Shown: positions 29,001 to 41,700 of the stretch, piece after piece | How the letters are laid out: the number at the start of each line of letters is the position of its first letter | Position numbering within the stretch: position 1 is the first letter of the stretch | Source: Nageia nagi | Taxonomy: Eukaryota > Plantae > Pinophyta | Assembly: GCA_050084985.1 (NCBI GenBank) | Contig: JBITNC010000001.1 | Span: 148,924,001-148,988,000 of the forward strand | Direction: 5' to 3' | Length of the DNA stretch: 64,000 nt | Notes under the pieces: generated by a model | What the model was told of the DNA's origin: nothing | What the model saw: only the letters and a program-made list of their open reading frames with translations | The model's database searches: none | Program-made: the position numbers and the translations under genes

Positions 29001-29736
29001 GTCGATTGCATTCAGTATCTCTCCTACAAGATGGCAGGATTATAGCTTTGATACCGCTGTGAAGTTGCCAAATTATCTTTTATTCCAAATTATTATTAAA
29101 TCAAGCAATGAACAAGGAAATGAGCAAGAACCAGAAATTATGCCACAATAGTACCCAATGCACAAGACAAAATGAGAGAATAATGCCAACGCCTCAATAT
29201 TAAGCAACAATGGAGCAATATACAAATAATATGGCCTAAGAGGGTTGACGTCTGGCTCAAAGGACCAGATCTAGGGCACAACACTCCCCAAATGCCATTG
29301 TAAGTTGATGTCTCACTACAAGGACCTTCAACTTGTTGATACCGCAGCACACCCCTCTCTTTTCCTAAGGAAAATGTGGGGATCCTTAGCCTAAGAACGG
29401 AGTCAGAAGGCTTGGACATGGAGTGAGCATTTTCGAGTATAGGAAAAGATGAGTTAAATCAAGAAAAGCTCGAACTGCAACTTTAAAATTCACTTGGAAT
29501 ACTTGCTTACAACAAATGAAATACTTTCCAAAGTACTCATCCATGGAACAAAGAATGATGAGATGTAGGCATCCGAAGAATTCAATCATGATTTAAAAAT
29601 GGACAAAATCATCAAAGTTGCATGTTAGAATGGCCGTCCCTCTTTCATTTGACACATGGCATCTCCAAGAACCACTATAAAAGCTCAAGAGGGGGGCAAA
29701 ACGGCCAAGTGCCACTTCATTTCAAACCCCTCAAGA

Positions 29737-31215
29737 TGGTCGCATGATGTGAAAAAGTTACAATTTCATCTCTGCAAAACAGTGCGACCACCCCTTTCAA
29801 AGCCAGCTTCAAGCTCCAAGACCGACTAAGTAGCCCAAAATTCCTCCTTTCAAGGTGTTCACATGGTTTGGCAATGTCATGTTCCTATCTTTTGGAGATA
29901 GTGCGACCACCCCTTTCCTCGATTCAATTTTGAAGGATGAAAATTGGTTGTGTGTTGAGATGTGTTTGCATGGTTCAAAAAAAGTTGCATTCTCATCTCT
30001 CCAAAAGCATGCGACCACCCTCTCCGAGACGTTGGATTTGCATCATGAAGTCCAAGCCTTATTGGACCATCATTTCGGCCGCTCGACTGGGGACACTTGG
30101 CAAAGAGAAGCTGTTATAAAAGGGGAGGGCTATCATTGTTGGGCTTAGTTGATCAATGTAGCATGTCCAAAGGTGGTCGCACAGTTTGAGAGGTTGCAAT
30201 ATCATCTTTTTTGCAAAGCATTGACCACCTCATTTCTTATGTTTTGACCTCCAAAATCGGCTAAGTGTTTAGGCGCAGGTATTGTAGGAGTGTTCGCATG
30301 GTTCCAATAAGATATGTTTCGATATTTTGGAAATGGTTAGACCACCCTCTCCCAAACGTTGGGTGTGAAGTATGGAGCTTGTCTTGCCCACATTGGACCT
30401 TCATTTTGGCCACTAAGCCAGAGACACATGGCAAAATAGGTTACTATAAAAGGACGAAGGATACTCATCTTCACCCAAGTCAATCCGATGTGCAACATTT
30501 ATAAAGTGGTCGCCTGGTTTAACAAAGATACAATTCCATCTTTCGAAAGGGGTGCGACCACCTCAGGCCCATATATTTACCTCCAAAGAATTGACTAAGT
30601 GTTTGCCTAAGATGCCGTGGAGGGGTTCACATTGTCCCAGCAAGTTACGTTTGCATTTTCTAGAGGATGTGCGACCACCCTTTCAGCCTTGTATTCGATC
30701 AAGTTAGGGACATTGGCATCATGTCCCTGATCAAACGGGTTGACAAAGATACATTCTTATCATTTTTTGGGCAAGCGACCACACCTTTTGCATGAAAGTG
30801 GATACATGTTGAAAAGTTTATCCTTGGCCCGCTAGAGCATTGTCACTTGGCAACCCAGATAGCTATAAAAGGAAAGGATACTTAGTCAAATCTAGCACAT
30901 CATTTTGCTCTTACTGTGTTGGTCACATGGTTTATTCAAGTTGCATTTCCATCTCTCCAAAGCATGCGACCACCCTTCTTTTGCATTAAGTTTAGTATCG
31001 CGTGTCTTTCATCACCTTTTGTTCGTCATTCAATATTACATTAATTCTACCTTACATTGGTATTTTGAATGCATATGGTTGCATGATTCCAAGGAGATAA
31101 AACGTCCATCTTTTAAGATTGATTCGCCCATTTGCATTGGTTTGGCCAAATTTTGTTGCATGATTGCATGGTTCCAAAAAGATAGGTGTCTATCTATTTA
31201 AACGGTGCGTCCACT
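29737..31215. repeat. Array of ~11 degenerate ~60-bp units bounded by inverted motifs GGTGGTCGCA...TGCGACCACC
   Basis: Examples: 29737-29792, 30172-30229, 30506-30562, about 30918-30975. Spacing about 100-220 bp. Confidence 0.8.
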
Positions 31216-31702
31216 TGGGCTTTGTCAAATGCACCTTTGTCTTAAAACACATCCATGCATGCAATGAATGCAGTCTTGTGTTTGTTTTAGTATGGTTAGT
31301 CATTCTTGTTAATACGTTGTCCTTCCATTTTGTTATGTCTCATAAAGTCAACCTCCTTATTGTCGCATCATTTCCCCCCAATAGAAAGTTAACATCTGAA
31401 TCTGTTGCGACCAGGACCCTTGAACACTTACACATTTTTTTGCATTAAGTTGGGTCCCACAAGGTGGGCCAAATAGACGCATTCATGCATTAATCATTTA
31501 AGTCCATTTCTTGCGCATTGCATGTGGGGATGCCGACCACCTTTGTCACAAACATTATTGTCAAGTCTGTTGTATTTGCATTAAGGCATATAGGCTTTCC
31601 AGGGATTGTACCCTTCTTGCATCATTTTCACCACGTCCGTACAATCGCTAGTGTCAATCGAGTCCAGTTGCTACTAACCCAATCTACATGTGCAGGTTCA
31701 AG

Positions 31703-34700
31703 ATGGTGAATGTAAAATTCTAAACTAAGAAGGACCAGAGATTTGCAGCTAACCAGATTGATCGAACCTAGTCAGATTAAACTTGTTAAAGAAAATCCTA
31801 AGGACCCCTTGAGACAGACCAAGTTCAAGAGCAACTTCTCCAACATTCGAGACACCAATTGGTCTCACACTGATCCAATCCGAACATTAGAAGCCATTGG
31901 GGAGTTAGATAAAATTCAGATCCTCAGGTAGGTCATATGAACATCTGGATTGGCCACAACCACCCTAATCCCTTTTTGTTGTTCCTTTTCCCGAATTGTG
32001 TTACGAAGTAGGTAGGCATGACAACTTCAAAGACCGTGCCCTTTATGACATAGATGGTAAAAGGATCCTTGACTTCTCTATACAAGGGATCGAGGAGGCT
32101 TTCAAATGGGGTGGTGAGGGAGTTGTTTAAATAGAGAAGGACTCTCTAGACTACTATGAAAAGTCTCAATGAGCCGAGGATCTCATCAAGGATTGGCTCG
32201 AGAACAAGAGTAAGGGATTCACAGGTAATAAATTGATAAATGCAAAGAGGTAGAACTTCTACCCTTCAGTGTCTAGAATCTTCAATATGTTATCTAGGGT
32301 CACTGGTAAAGAGGATGACTTCAAATTCCGAAAGGAATTCACCAGGTTCATTGTTGTGATTGGAAACAGATAGAAGATAAAGTGGAACAAGGTGATAAGT
32401 GACTCTCTGTCATTCCCACTAGCTCACATAAGCTCCTCGAAAAGATTCTACATGAATTCCTATCTTGTTTTCTTCTCCTTCATGGCAAAAATAGGAAATC
32501 AGCCCACGCAGACATGAAAATCTTGAATAACCCGAAGAAACTTGTATGGAGAGCTTACCCCAAATGGTGGTTGGAGTCCAGATGGGAGCATTCTGCCATG
32601 AGAAATTACGGGTGGGAATATCAAATCTACAAGGCGATAAAAAGAAAGCAGATGGTGAAAAGGATATTTGATTCTACCGTTGAGGCCATTCGGGGGCATG
32701 CAGATTACTTCTTGGAAGACCTTGCACACACATATATCTGAGTCTATGGCTCTGAAGTCAGGCCCTATCTCTTGCCCCAATATGCCAGCAATCATTTGAT
32801 CCTCATGGAGTTTTGCGGACAATTGTTGTTTTTGTATGAAAATATTCGGAAGAAGAAGAATGCCACCACAAACCTCCCCATTTCTATTGTGGAATACACT
32901 TGCTCAACTTGGCAGGAGGCCAAAGAAATGAGCTTTGAACTGTCCTACTACCACTTCATTGAAGAGCAGACAACTTACCACTATGATCCCGAAGGAAGAA
33001 TTTAGTTTTTCTATAGGCGGGCCTTCAGAAACCCTGTAACCTATGAGCACAAACCTTTTGGAGATAAGGAAAGATACAAGAATAAGAGGGAGGAGAAGCA
33101 AATTCAGGAAGTACACCAAGTTTTGGTAGCTTAAGGATGGATTGACAGAAGAATCCAGAGCTTAAACAAACCATGTGCAGTCCCAGCTCATAAATACACA
33201 TCGTCCTCAAGAGTAAGGAAACACCAAGGTCAGGTAGGAGAACACACCACTTTGGGTGGGATTGGATTTGAGATCCGTACCATTGTCAAAGAAATTACTA
33301 AAGATGTCGACATCATGGAGGAGATAGGGTATCAGGACTTTCCACTTCGACAACTTGAGGATGCCATCCCTAAGGACTTCTCCATGATGCCTATTGTACC
33401 TATTTGGGTTGATGCCTATTGTACCTATTTGGGCTGAGAATCCTTTGTCTCTCCCAAACGTTTTGATGCCTGCTAAAGGCCATGTGGAAAACACATTCCC
33501 AGAGCCTATTGAGGTAAAAACCCAGGATAATGCTCAAAGTACTCCCGTAGCAAACCAACCTAAGGAGCCTGATCACTCTAGTTCATCCTCTGATTTTGAG
33601 ACATCCTCTAAATCTAATTCAGAAGGAGGAGAAATTGAGAGAGAAAATGAGGATACACAGATCATAGATATTGAAGTAGAATCCAAGACGAAGAAGATCA
33701 ATGAGACTTTGCCTACCGAGTCAATACCAGTGAAGTAGGTTGCTTCTTCAGAATCCACCACTCTTACAAGGAAGAGGAGGTCATCCCCCAAGAAAGAAGC
33801 CCCTCGAACGGCCCCTAGCAAGCTTTCAAACTTAATTATGGCTTCTACAATTGGAGATGGAGGAGATGAAGAAGACAAAGGCAAGAGTGAGGAGTAAAGG
33901 AAGAAGAGAAAGTAGGAAGAAAATGGCAGCCATAGACCATCAAGAAGCATGGAGAAACCAGTTGAAATTAAGAGCCAACAACTAAGAATCAATGAGATCC
34001 CTAGAGAGCCCACCCCTGCAAATATAGATAACATTTTGGCTAATATTGCATCAAGTTCTGGTCCATAGAAGGAGTATGATTTCGACATCGATGCAATCAT
34101 CAAAGATCTCCAAAAGAGCTACAGAATTGATGATGACAAATCTAGCAAAAGGAGGGAAAATACATTAGAGGAATCTCGGATCGAAGAAATAGATACCTTC
34201 GTATCTATGAAAATGACAAGGTGACTATCAATAGGTTTTATTCCAAAAAGAAGCATCCGCAAGACTTACAAGACATGTGGGTCCATACCAAGGAATTCAA
34301 TGTCAAGAAAATTGGGTGGGTAGGGCATAAGCACGCTATCAATTATAATGTGGATGAGATGGTTAGGTAAGGCATCGAGAGGGAAAACATGATCAAGGAG
34401 CTGAAGAAGGACCTTGGTTGCAAAATTAAATTGGCAAAGGAGATAGAAGTTACCAAAATGATCGTTGAAGATGTCAAAGTGCAAGCCTTGCTAAACCTTT
34501 GCATGATAGCAACTAAGGAGACCTTGGTCAATGCTATGATGAGAGTAGTCAGTGAGCTTTTGCTTCGATTGGTTGCCCTCATGGACGAACAAAAGGTAGA
34601 GGAGAACATGGCTACTGCCGTTTCCCAACTGTTACAAGACTTCCAGAATCACGAGCATGTTGTTCAAAACATAAGAAGGGCATTTGGGGACAACCAAGCC

Positions 34701-35173
34701 GAGTGCAATATTTCCAAGAGTTTGCCTATCATCTTCGTTGGCTAAGGTTTGCAACAGGAGAATGCACTAATCTTGCTCAATGTAGAACCGATCTATTGTT
34801 CACTTTTTAGTTGGGCTAGTTTGTGTAGCCGATCAGTTTCATCAACGAGGATGGAAGTGTGAGGCAAGTTGAGTTCGTAGTCCAAGAAGTTCAAAATGTC
34901 ATACGAGAGCTCATCTTCACAAAGGATGTGAATTTGTTTAGGGTTGGGACTCATATCGAAAATCAACAGAACCTGGCCATTTGGAAATTCCAGATGAAGG
35001 CCACTTCTCGGTTCATCTTGGATTTCCGCAACAAAAAAGATGAAGAAGTGCCAGGTGCACTCACCGTAGGACTTGCCAAGGCTAAAGATTTCTTCGACGA
35101 TAGGTCTCATGGGATTCTTGAGGACATCTTAGTTGCTACTCACGCCAAAGCTGTCGGTCTCGCAAAGGGATGA
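31703..35173 (+). pseudogene. Degenerate ~1,150-codon accessory ORF of unknown function
   Basis: Colinear fragments 31743-31931, 32514-32741, 32772-33005, 33252-33738, 34389-34745 and 34859-35173, separated by stops and frameshifts. Globular N-part, acidic Ser/Glu-rich linker, helical C-part. TACTAAC (31672) and tgcag| (31695) lie just before ATG 31703. Confidence 0.7.
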
Positions 35174-37764
35174 TTCAAAAATTCATATTTTATTTTTATC
35201 TATTTTAAGACATTTATTATTTTAAAATTTGCATTGTGACGGATGAGTTTTTGCTTCCACAGCCGCAAATAGACTTGATATGATGTGATCTGATATGGTG
35301 TGATTAAATATTGATGTGACGTTTGAGTGGTATTGTGAAGCCGTTGCTTCTTTTTGTTGATGGTTTACTTTTTTCAATATGGTATTAGGGTTGCATGGTT
35401 GTTTAGGACAACTCTATAATTAATGTTAGGATGACGCTTCATTTAATGATATTGTCAGATGTATGCTATAAGTATGCCTAACCGGGTCATTTTTGACATG
35501 GAGATAGATGGAGAGAGATATAGAAAGACAGATAGATAGATATAGAAACATGGATGCATAGATAGAATGTTATAGAAGGCTCTCCGATGTATGAGAAGAT
35601 ATATTCTTGTTAGAAAGAGTTCTTCATGAGCTGAATGCCAATCTCTTTAGTAGCATTTTGGGTGTTGAGGTTTCCAATGCATGTATGTATGACTTATCAT
35701 TTTGGAAAACTTTGTTATTAATGCGAGTATGGTTGCTTTTTCCATGGGATTGCAATTGCGTATATGACATGTTGATCATGTTTTTGTGTTACTTGTGCAT
35801 TTACAAGCATTTCCTTTGAATGTTCGGCAGTTTAGGGAAAGATAATTGGATATTTTTCTTAAATGTATGAATAACCGTTTTTGCAATCTGCATAAAGTTG
35901 TAGTATTTTGGGTTACCTTGCTTTTATGATATTTGAGTGGAATCATCTGCTGGGATATGAATAATTGAATGATCAACACCACCTCACAGTCCATCCTGAG
36001 TACTGCCTCGTGCTCTTACTTGGGAAAGATACAGACCAAGTTGTTTCCTCCCTTGCTTCATACCCCAAGCAGAAGCTCCTAATAAATCTGAAAGTCAAAG
36101 CCCCAAACTCTATACAGCAGTAACCAATTGCTACTTATCCTATCATCAACTATCAAATCCTTCTTATACCCCTCCTTCGTATCCTTTTGCTTTTAAGTGT
36201 CATCATGCAAGCAAAAAACTGTGACAAAACCCAATAGGTCCATAAATAAATTGTGAGTTAATTACCCTGAGCACATCCTCACCTGAGTCATTCTATGACA
36301 AAAGAAAACTAATTGCCAAATTGTCCGTCCAAAGTCACGGGAGGCCCCTTTATTGCTTCAAAGATGTATAAACCTTGGGGTTCGAGTCCTTTCAAGTGGG
36401 GGTAAGTAAAGCTACCTCATCGTTGTAGTGTTGTTTCCCATGGGGGGGGAAAGAAAATTATGTCAACACAACCCTCGGATCTGTGTTACAAGATTGGATT
36501 GACTAAGGGTTTTTGCCCCTAGCCAAGATCTAGTAAGGGCTACATTCAACTAAACCTTTCTCCACATTGGGTTTACGTCCAACAAGAGGCCCAAGAGATG
36601 GCATTGCCACTCCAAAGATAAAAGATGTTAAATATGCTTAATGATGCGTTCCTACTCTTGCGATAGCCATATAAATAGGATTCCTTCAAGGATAAGCGCC
36701 TACACACCCATCAAGGAGACGTCATGCTTGGGCATCCACATCATGCCTCAGGATCACACCAAACCATGAGCTCATCCTCTAATCATGCATTATGCCTTGG
36801 GATCCACATTATTACACTTAAATGCTCCTAATCTATCTCTAGGAGGGAGATGTCCCACGGGCTCACAATTGGTCTATTCTAGGTTACAATGATGCCTAAG
36901 AATACATGCAACTAATAATTAAATACTCCTAGCTACAAAATCACCCCTAAAAGGAATGGCTTCTAGAAGAGAACATCACATTGTTTCATCCCACTTGATA
37001 TGAAAGTTGTCATCTTCACATTGCTCAGATCCCTTGAAATAATCCGTGTTATCTATAACGGTCATCCTAACTTCTGCATATGATGTCAGAGTGGAGTAAA
37101 ACATCGGATACAATTTCCTAAGGTCCATATACACATTTGTACTAAATTTCAAATATCTTTGTGGTCATAAACTTCATATACAGTTTCAGCCCTGATTTTG
37201 CCGTATGGTGGGTGACCACCATCAAGGGTTTATAATTCCTGCAGACTGATTCTATCTTACTTGAACCTCAAGGTTAACTTTTTTACATTATAAAGTTCGT
37301 ATGGTCTGAACTTAGTTGTCCCATGTACAGCTGACAGGTAGGATTCTGCTCCAGGTAGTAGTGCTAGTTCCCCATGAGTAACTTAGAGATGTCTACCTTG
37401 AAGATTGAGTGGTTTTTTGGGTAATAAACCACATCCACATGCTTTGGTTTTCTTCCATCACTCAATGATGACGTTTCTCCCAGGCCAGATGGGGCAAGAA
37501 TCCTGCGGGTGCTGATCTCCAGTCTTGATCATAACCCTACAAAGATTTCAGATTGGATGTCTGATAATGATTAGTTTACAAAGTACCTTCCACTGCGTGA
37601 TAACCAAAAATAATGCGAGGTTGTTTTTATGTGTTTTAGGAAAATGTTCAGGCTTTCTCCATGGATTCTTTTATCTATAAATGTTTGCTTACTGTTGTTT
37701 AGTTTGTGTTAAAGAATGGAGATAAATTTCAATCTAAACTTGTAATATGTAATTTCATTTGCAG

Positions 37765-37828
37765 GGAGTTTTGTGCAGAATGCTTTGCAGAGTTCATGCG
37801 GTGGTCGGTACGCCAAACTCCCATGGAG
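37765..37828 (+). CDS. PRKDC: DNA-PKcs internal exon (64 bp)
   Basis: tgcag|G...GAG|gttaga, phase 2/0, fitting the previous exon across 18.8 kb. (R)EFCAECFAEFMRWSVRQTPME resembles RDFCGRCIREFLKWSIKQ. Confidence 0.93.
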
Positions 37829-37986
37829 GTTAGAAAATACAAAGAAGACTTGAATGGCATACATTGTTGGATTCAGATAAAAATAAAATAGAAAGGAAAA
37901 TAAGGAAACATATCATGTCGTTGGTTGAGTGTTTCATGTCTGTAGAATCCTCATCTTTTACTAATTCACTAAATGCTGTTACACAG

Positions 37987-38203
37987 GTTGATAATTTTGT
38001 AAATATTACATCTATGCTACGCCGTCTTTACACTCGTCTTGATCATCCAAATCCATATCATAGATTAGGAGCAGCAATGGTTGCTCATCTCATCTATCCT
38101 ATTCTCAGGGAGAATGGATCCATTGTTGACTGCCATATTCTAGAAATGTTATTTTTCTGCATAAAGAGCCTGCGTATTGGAGAGAATGATGACAGCCAAA
38201 TAG
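37987..38203 (+). CDS. PRKDC: DNA-PKcs internal exon
   Basis: acag|GTT...ATAG|gtctga, phase 0/1. VNITSMLRRLYTRLDHPNPYHRLGAAM resembles [27 protein letters not shown]. Confidence 0.93.
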
Positions 38204-38782
38204 GTCTGAGACATATCCTTTTGTGCTGCTTTACAAATATTTGGAAGGCTTGTATGATTTTTTTTTGTCAAAGCGACCCATTGTTGCTCTTGCTTTTAAA
38301 AATTGAATGCATTGAGTTGTACTTTCTTGAGTCTGGAAAATGCTAGATTGGGAATTATAAAATAACAAATAATTTGTATCAAATTGTTGTGTAGATTTAT
38401 CTTCCCTTTCAAATTGGTTTCTTGAGTTTTAAACTTCATTTAAATCATATCAACTGTAATTTGCGCTCATTCCATCATATTATAATGCTTATGTTGGTGC
38501 TTTTGCATAAGAGAAAGTTTCTCTTTTGCTAGACCTTGGGAGAAACATGTCTTAAGTCAAAGCAATATAGATCTTGGAAAGAAGCACCATTGTAGTTGGA
38601 AAATTTGGCCTCAGAAGGGACAGTTCAAGGTGTAAAGAAGATAAAGAAAATGAGAAGGTCATTGCTTCTTTACGAATATTTGTAAACATTTTAAAATTTG
38701 TGTGTAAAATGCATTTCATCCATTCTATATCTGTATGTAATTTATTGATAATTATTGATGGGCATTGCACATTTGGCAATCA

Positions 38783-41700
38783 TGAAAGATTGGAATAAGA
38801 GACTTTCTTTATTATATTCCTTAATCAAGTATAAATACAAGAAAGAGAACCTAAAAATAGATAAGCAAGTTATACTCACCTCATGCACCTAAAAATAACA
38901 TATATCTATAATTAACCAATATCTTATAATTATCTATTAACTTATGATTAACCACTAATATATTATTATTCTAACGTACACCTCATAATACATTAGGTCT
39001 TCAAAGAATATGAAAGGAAGCTTCAAAAGTATTCAAACTTTCCACAATCAAGAGATTTAGTGAAACATTTGTAACTTGCCCATTTGTGGAAATCTAACGA
39101 AGTTGAATGTTGTGTAGTGAAACATGGTCACGAGTAAAGTGCACTTGTATCTCAATATGTTTGGTATGCTCATGAAAAATATGATTGCAAACCAATTTTG
39201 GTGCACCTTGATTGATCGCAGTGCATAATGGTAGGCTGACTTTGTGGTATTCCTATGTCTACCAAAATGTGATGTAACCATACTTACTCAAACAACATTT
39301 GTAGCAACACAATATTTCGACTTGATGCAATACTCTATTTCTTGCTACTCCAAGAAATCGGTCCAAATCCAAAGAAGGACTCATATGTAGTTGTTGATCT
39401 TCTATCATCCAAGGATCCTCCATAATCTGCATTAGTGTATTCAATAAAAAAAGACTTATCATTCTTCTTGTACTCCAGGCCATAACTATCAGTACAACAA
39501 ATATATCTCAACACATGCTTAATCGCTGTCCAATGTGCTTTATTAGGTTAATGCATTAACATAAAAAGATAGCTAACAACATAGCAAATATCTAGCCTGG
39601 TATATGAAAGGTAAATTAACCTTAGAATCAACTGACTATAAAGAGTTGTATTTACTTGTGGAGAACTATCATGGTGTGATAGATGTAAACCAGGTTCAAT
39701 AGGTGTGGGCATAGACTGACACTTTGTCAACCTAAACTTCTCTAACAAACTCTTGATATACTTCATCTATGAGACAAATATGTGGTCCTACATCTGCTAG
39801 ACCTCTAATCCAAGGCAATAATGAAGTAAACCAAGATCAGTAATGTCGAATGATTTCTTGAGGTCATCCTTACAAGATATGATCAACTCCTCAATACTCC
39901 CTTTGATGACCAAATCATCGACATAGACAACCACAATGGCTTTATTTCCCCCATGTTGTTGAAGGTAGAGATTAGGATCATAAGGAATCCTAACAAAGCC
40001 ATGTTGTAGGAAGTGCACATCAATCTTGATGTACCAAGCTATTGGAGCCTGTTTTAAGTCATACAAAGATTCTCTCAATCTACACATTTTTCCTTTGCTT
40101 GGATCAACAAGAAATCCTTTAGGCTACCACATGTAGACTTCTTCTTCGAAATCTCTTCTTAGGATATGATTTCTCATCCAAAGAAACAAACCAATCCTTT
40201 CGGCCAGTCATGTACTTGGTAGCACCAAAATCCACATACCAAGTGGTGGTTATAGATGGTTGCTCTTGATTGGCAAGAGAAAATCTTCTATCTCCTCTTC
40301 TTCTTCAACATTAACAACTTTCCCTTGTTGTTATCCTTGTGGTCTTTGATTTCTCCATTCTCCTTTATTCTTGGGAGGTGGTCCTTTATGTTTCTGATTC
40401 CGATCACTCAAAGAGCCTTGAGTGAAAGCATTTTACCAACAATCTTGCAATCCATGCCCATTCGATTTGCAAATCAAGCAACTCGTTTTCAATGTGTTGG
40501 TATCTTGTGACGTGTTTCCCTTTTGTTACTTCTTTCCTTTTTGAGTGGATACCATTGCATGCTCTTCTTCATTTGACTTCTCATGGAAAACCTTTTCTTG
40601 TTGCAACATATTCACCAACTCTTCAAAGTGTGGCTTCTGCTTTATGATGTTCAAGGATTTCAAAAAGATGCGATATGACTTCAAGAGTGCTCTCAAGACA
40701 ATGGATACAAGGAGCTTATTTTCCACCATCTCTCCTAATGCATTTAGGGGAACATGGAGTTCCGCAATTTGGCAAAGAAAGGATTTCAACTTCTCCCCAC
40801 CTTTCAGTTTTAAATTGTGTAACTGTCCTTGAAGATGAAGAATTGGATTTTGATTCTTTGATTCAAACTCTTGTTGCAATTTCTTTCAAGCTTCAAAAAA
40901 CATCCTTGGAATCATGAACATCGGGTTCGACATCATCCGAGATTCCAAGAAGTAGGATCATACACACCTTTCTATTGTGTTGATTAAATGCTTTTTAGGA
41001 TCTTCAATAGTTTTTGGATATGTCTCAGTCCCATCATCAATGTCCCACTAGCCTCCAAATTCAGGAATGGCTTGAATTTTTGTTTTCTAGGTAGCATAAT
41101 TGTTTCCTTTCAAGACTTGAGAGTCAAGGAGGATTTTTGGAGCAATTTGTGCCATTTTTCAATATATCAAGGAGTTGTTCACTTTACGCAAATCCTATTT
41201 AGGATTTCTTGGTATCCAAACCCAAAACTATGAAATGGAGCCCAACTCACTTTGTTATTTGATGGCTTTGCAACAAAATTTAGTATCTACCTTGCAGATC
41301 AAGAAAATCCATGCATGTCACTAATTTTCATCAATGTTCCACACGACCCTAGGAGTGAGGGAGCGGCAAAAGCATGCTCCCAAGAAAGGGAACGATTGAG
41401 GTATTTTTTAGGGAGCACCTCGGAAACAACAGGGGGAGTGGCTAGTATGATACTAGTAAAAAATTTTGGAGTTTTTAGATTTTTTAATTTTCATTATTTC
41501 TTATTCATTATTATTATCAATTCAATCATGTATACAACACTTGGAACTTAAATTAGAAATCAAGTATAAATCATAATATCAAAATGAGCCATAATCAATG
41601 ATCATAACACCATAATGTCATTAAGTTTGAATCAGTCTAGTACATAATGATAGATTTGAAATCTCAAATAAGCAATACTCAAATGACAAATAAAATAGTA

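Larger units (their letters stand above)
29334..36468 (+). mobile_element. 7.1-kb TG...CA element (giant solo-LTR-like) with an inverted-repeat array and a long degenerate ORF
   Basis: Ends tgttgata...tgtcaaca; TSD caact/caacc. The host LTR rejoins seamlessly (compare ccttcaaccctc at about 25157). No internal long direct repeat seen. Confidence 0.85.
24891..36980 (-). mobile_element. Non-autonomous gypsy-derived LTR element (TR-GAG-like: gag plus protease only); its 5' LTR is split by a 7.1-kb insertion
   Basis: 3' LTR 24891-25692; 5' LTR 29058-29333 plus 36469-36980. TSD ttgtc/ttgtt. PBS-like sequence at 29044-29057 and PPT at about 25693-25705 on the - strand. Gag (27875-28150, YHWWQHG), zinc knuckle and protease LIAPRATHNF (27192-27737). 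The internal region is only ~3.4 kb and shows no RT or integrase. Confidence 0.88.

Noticed and set aside
33385-33434. 25-bp tandem duplication
   Set aside because: A simple decay lesion that shifts the frame of the pseudogene.
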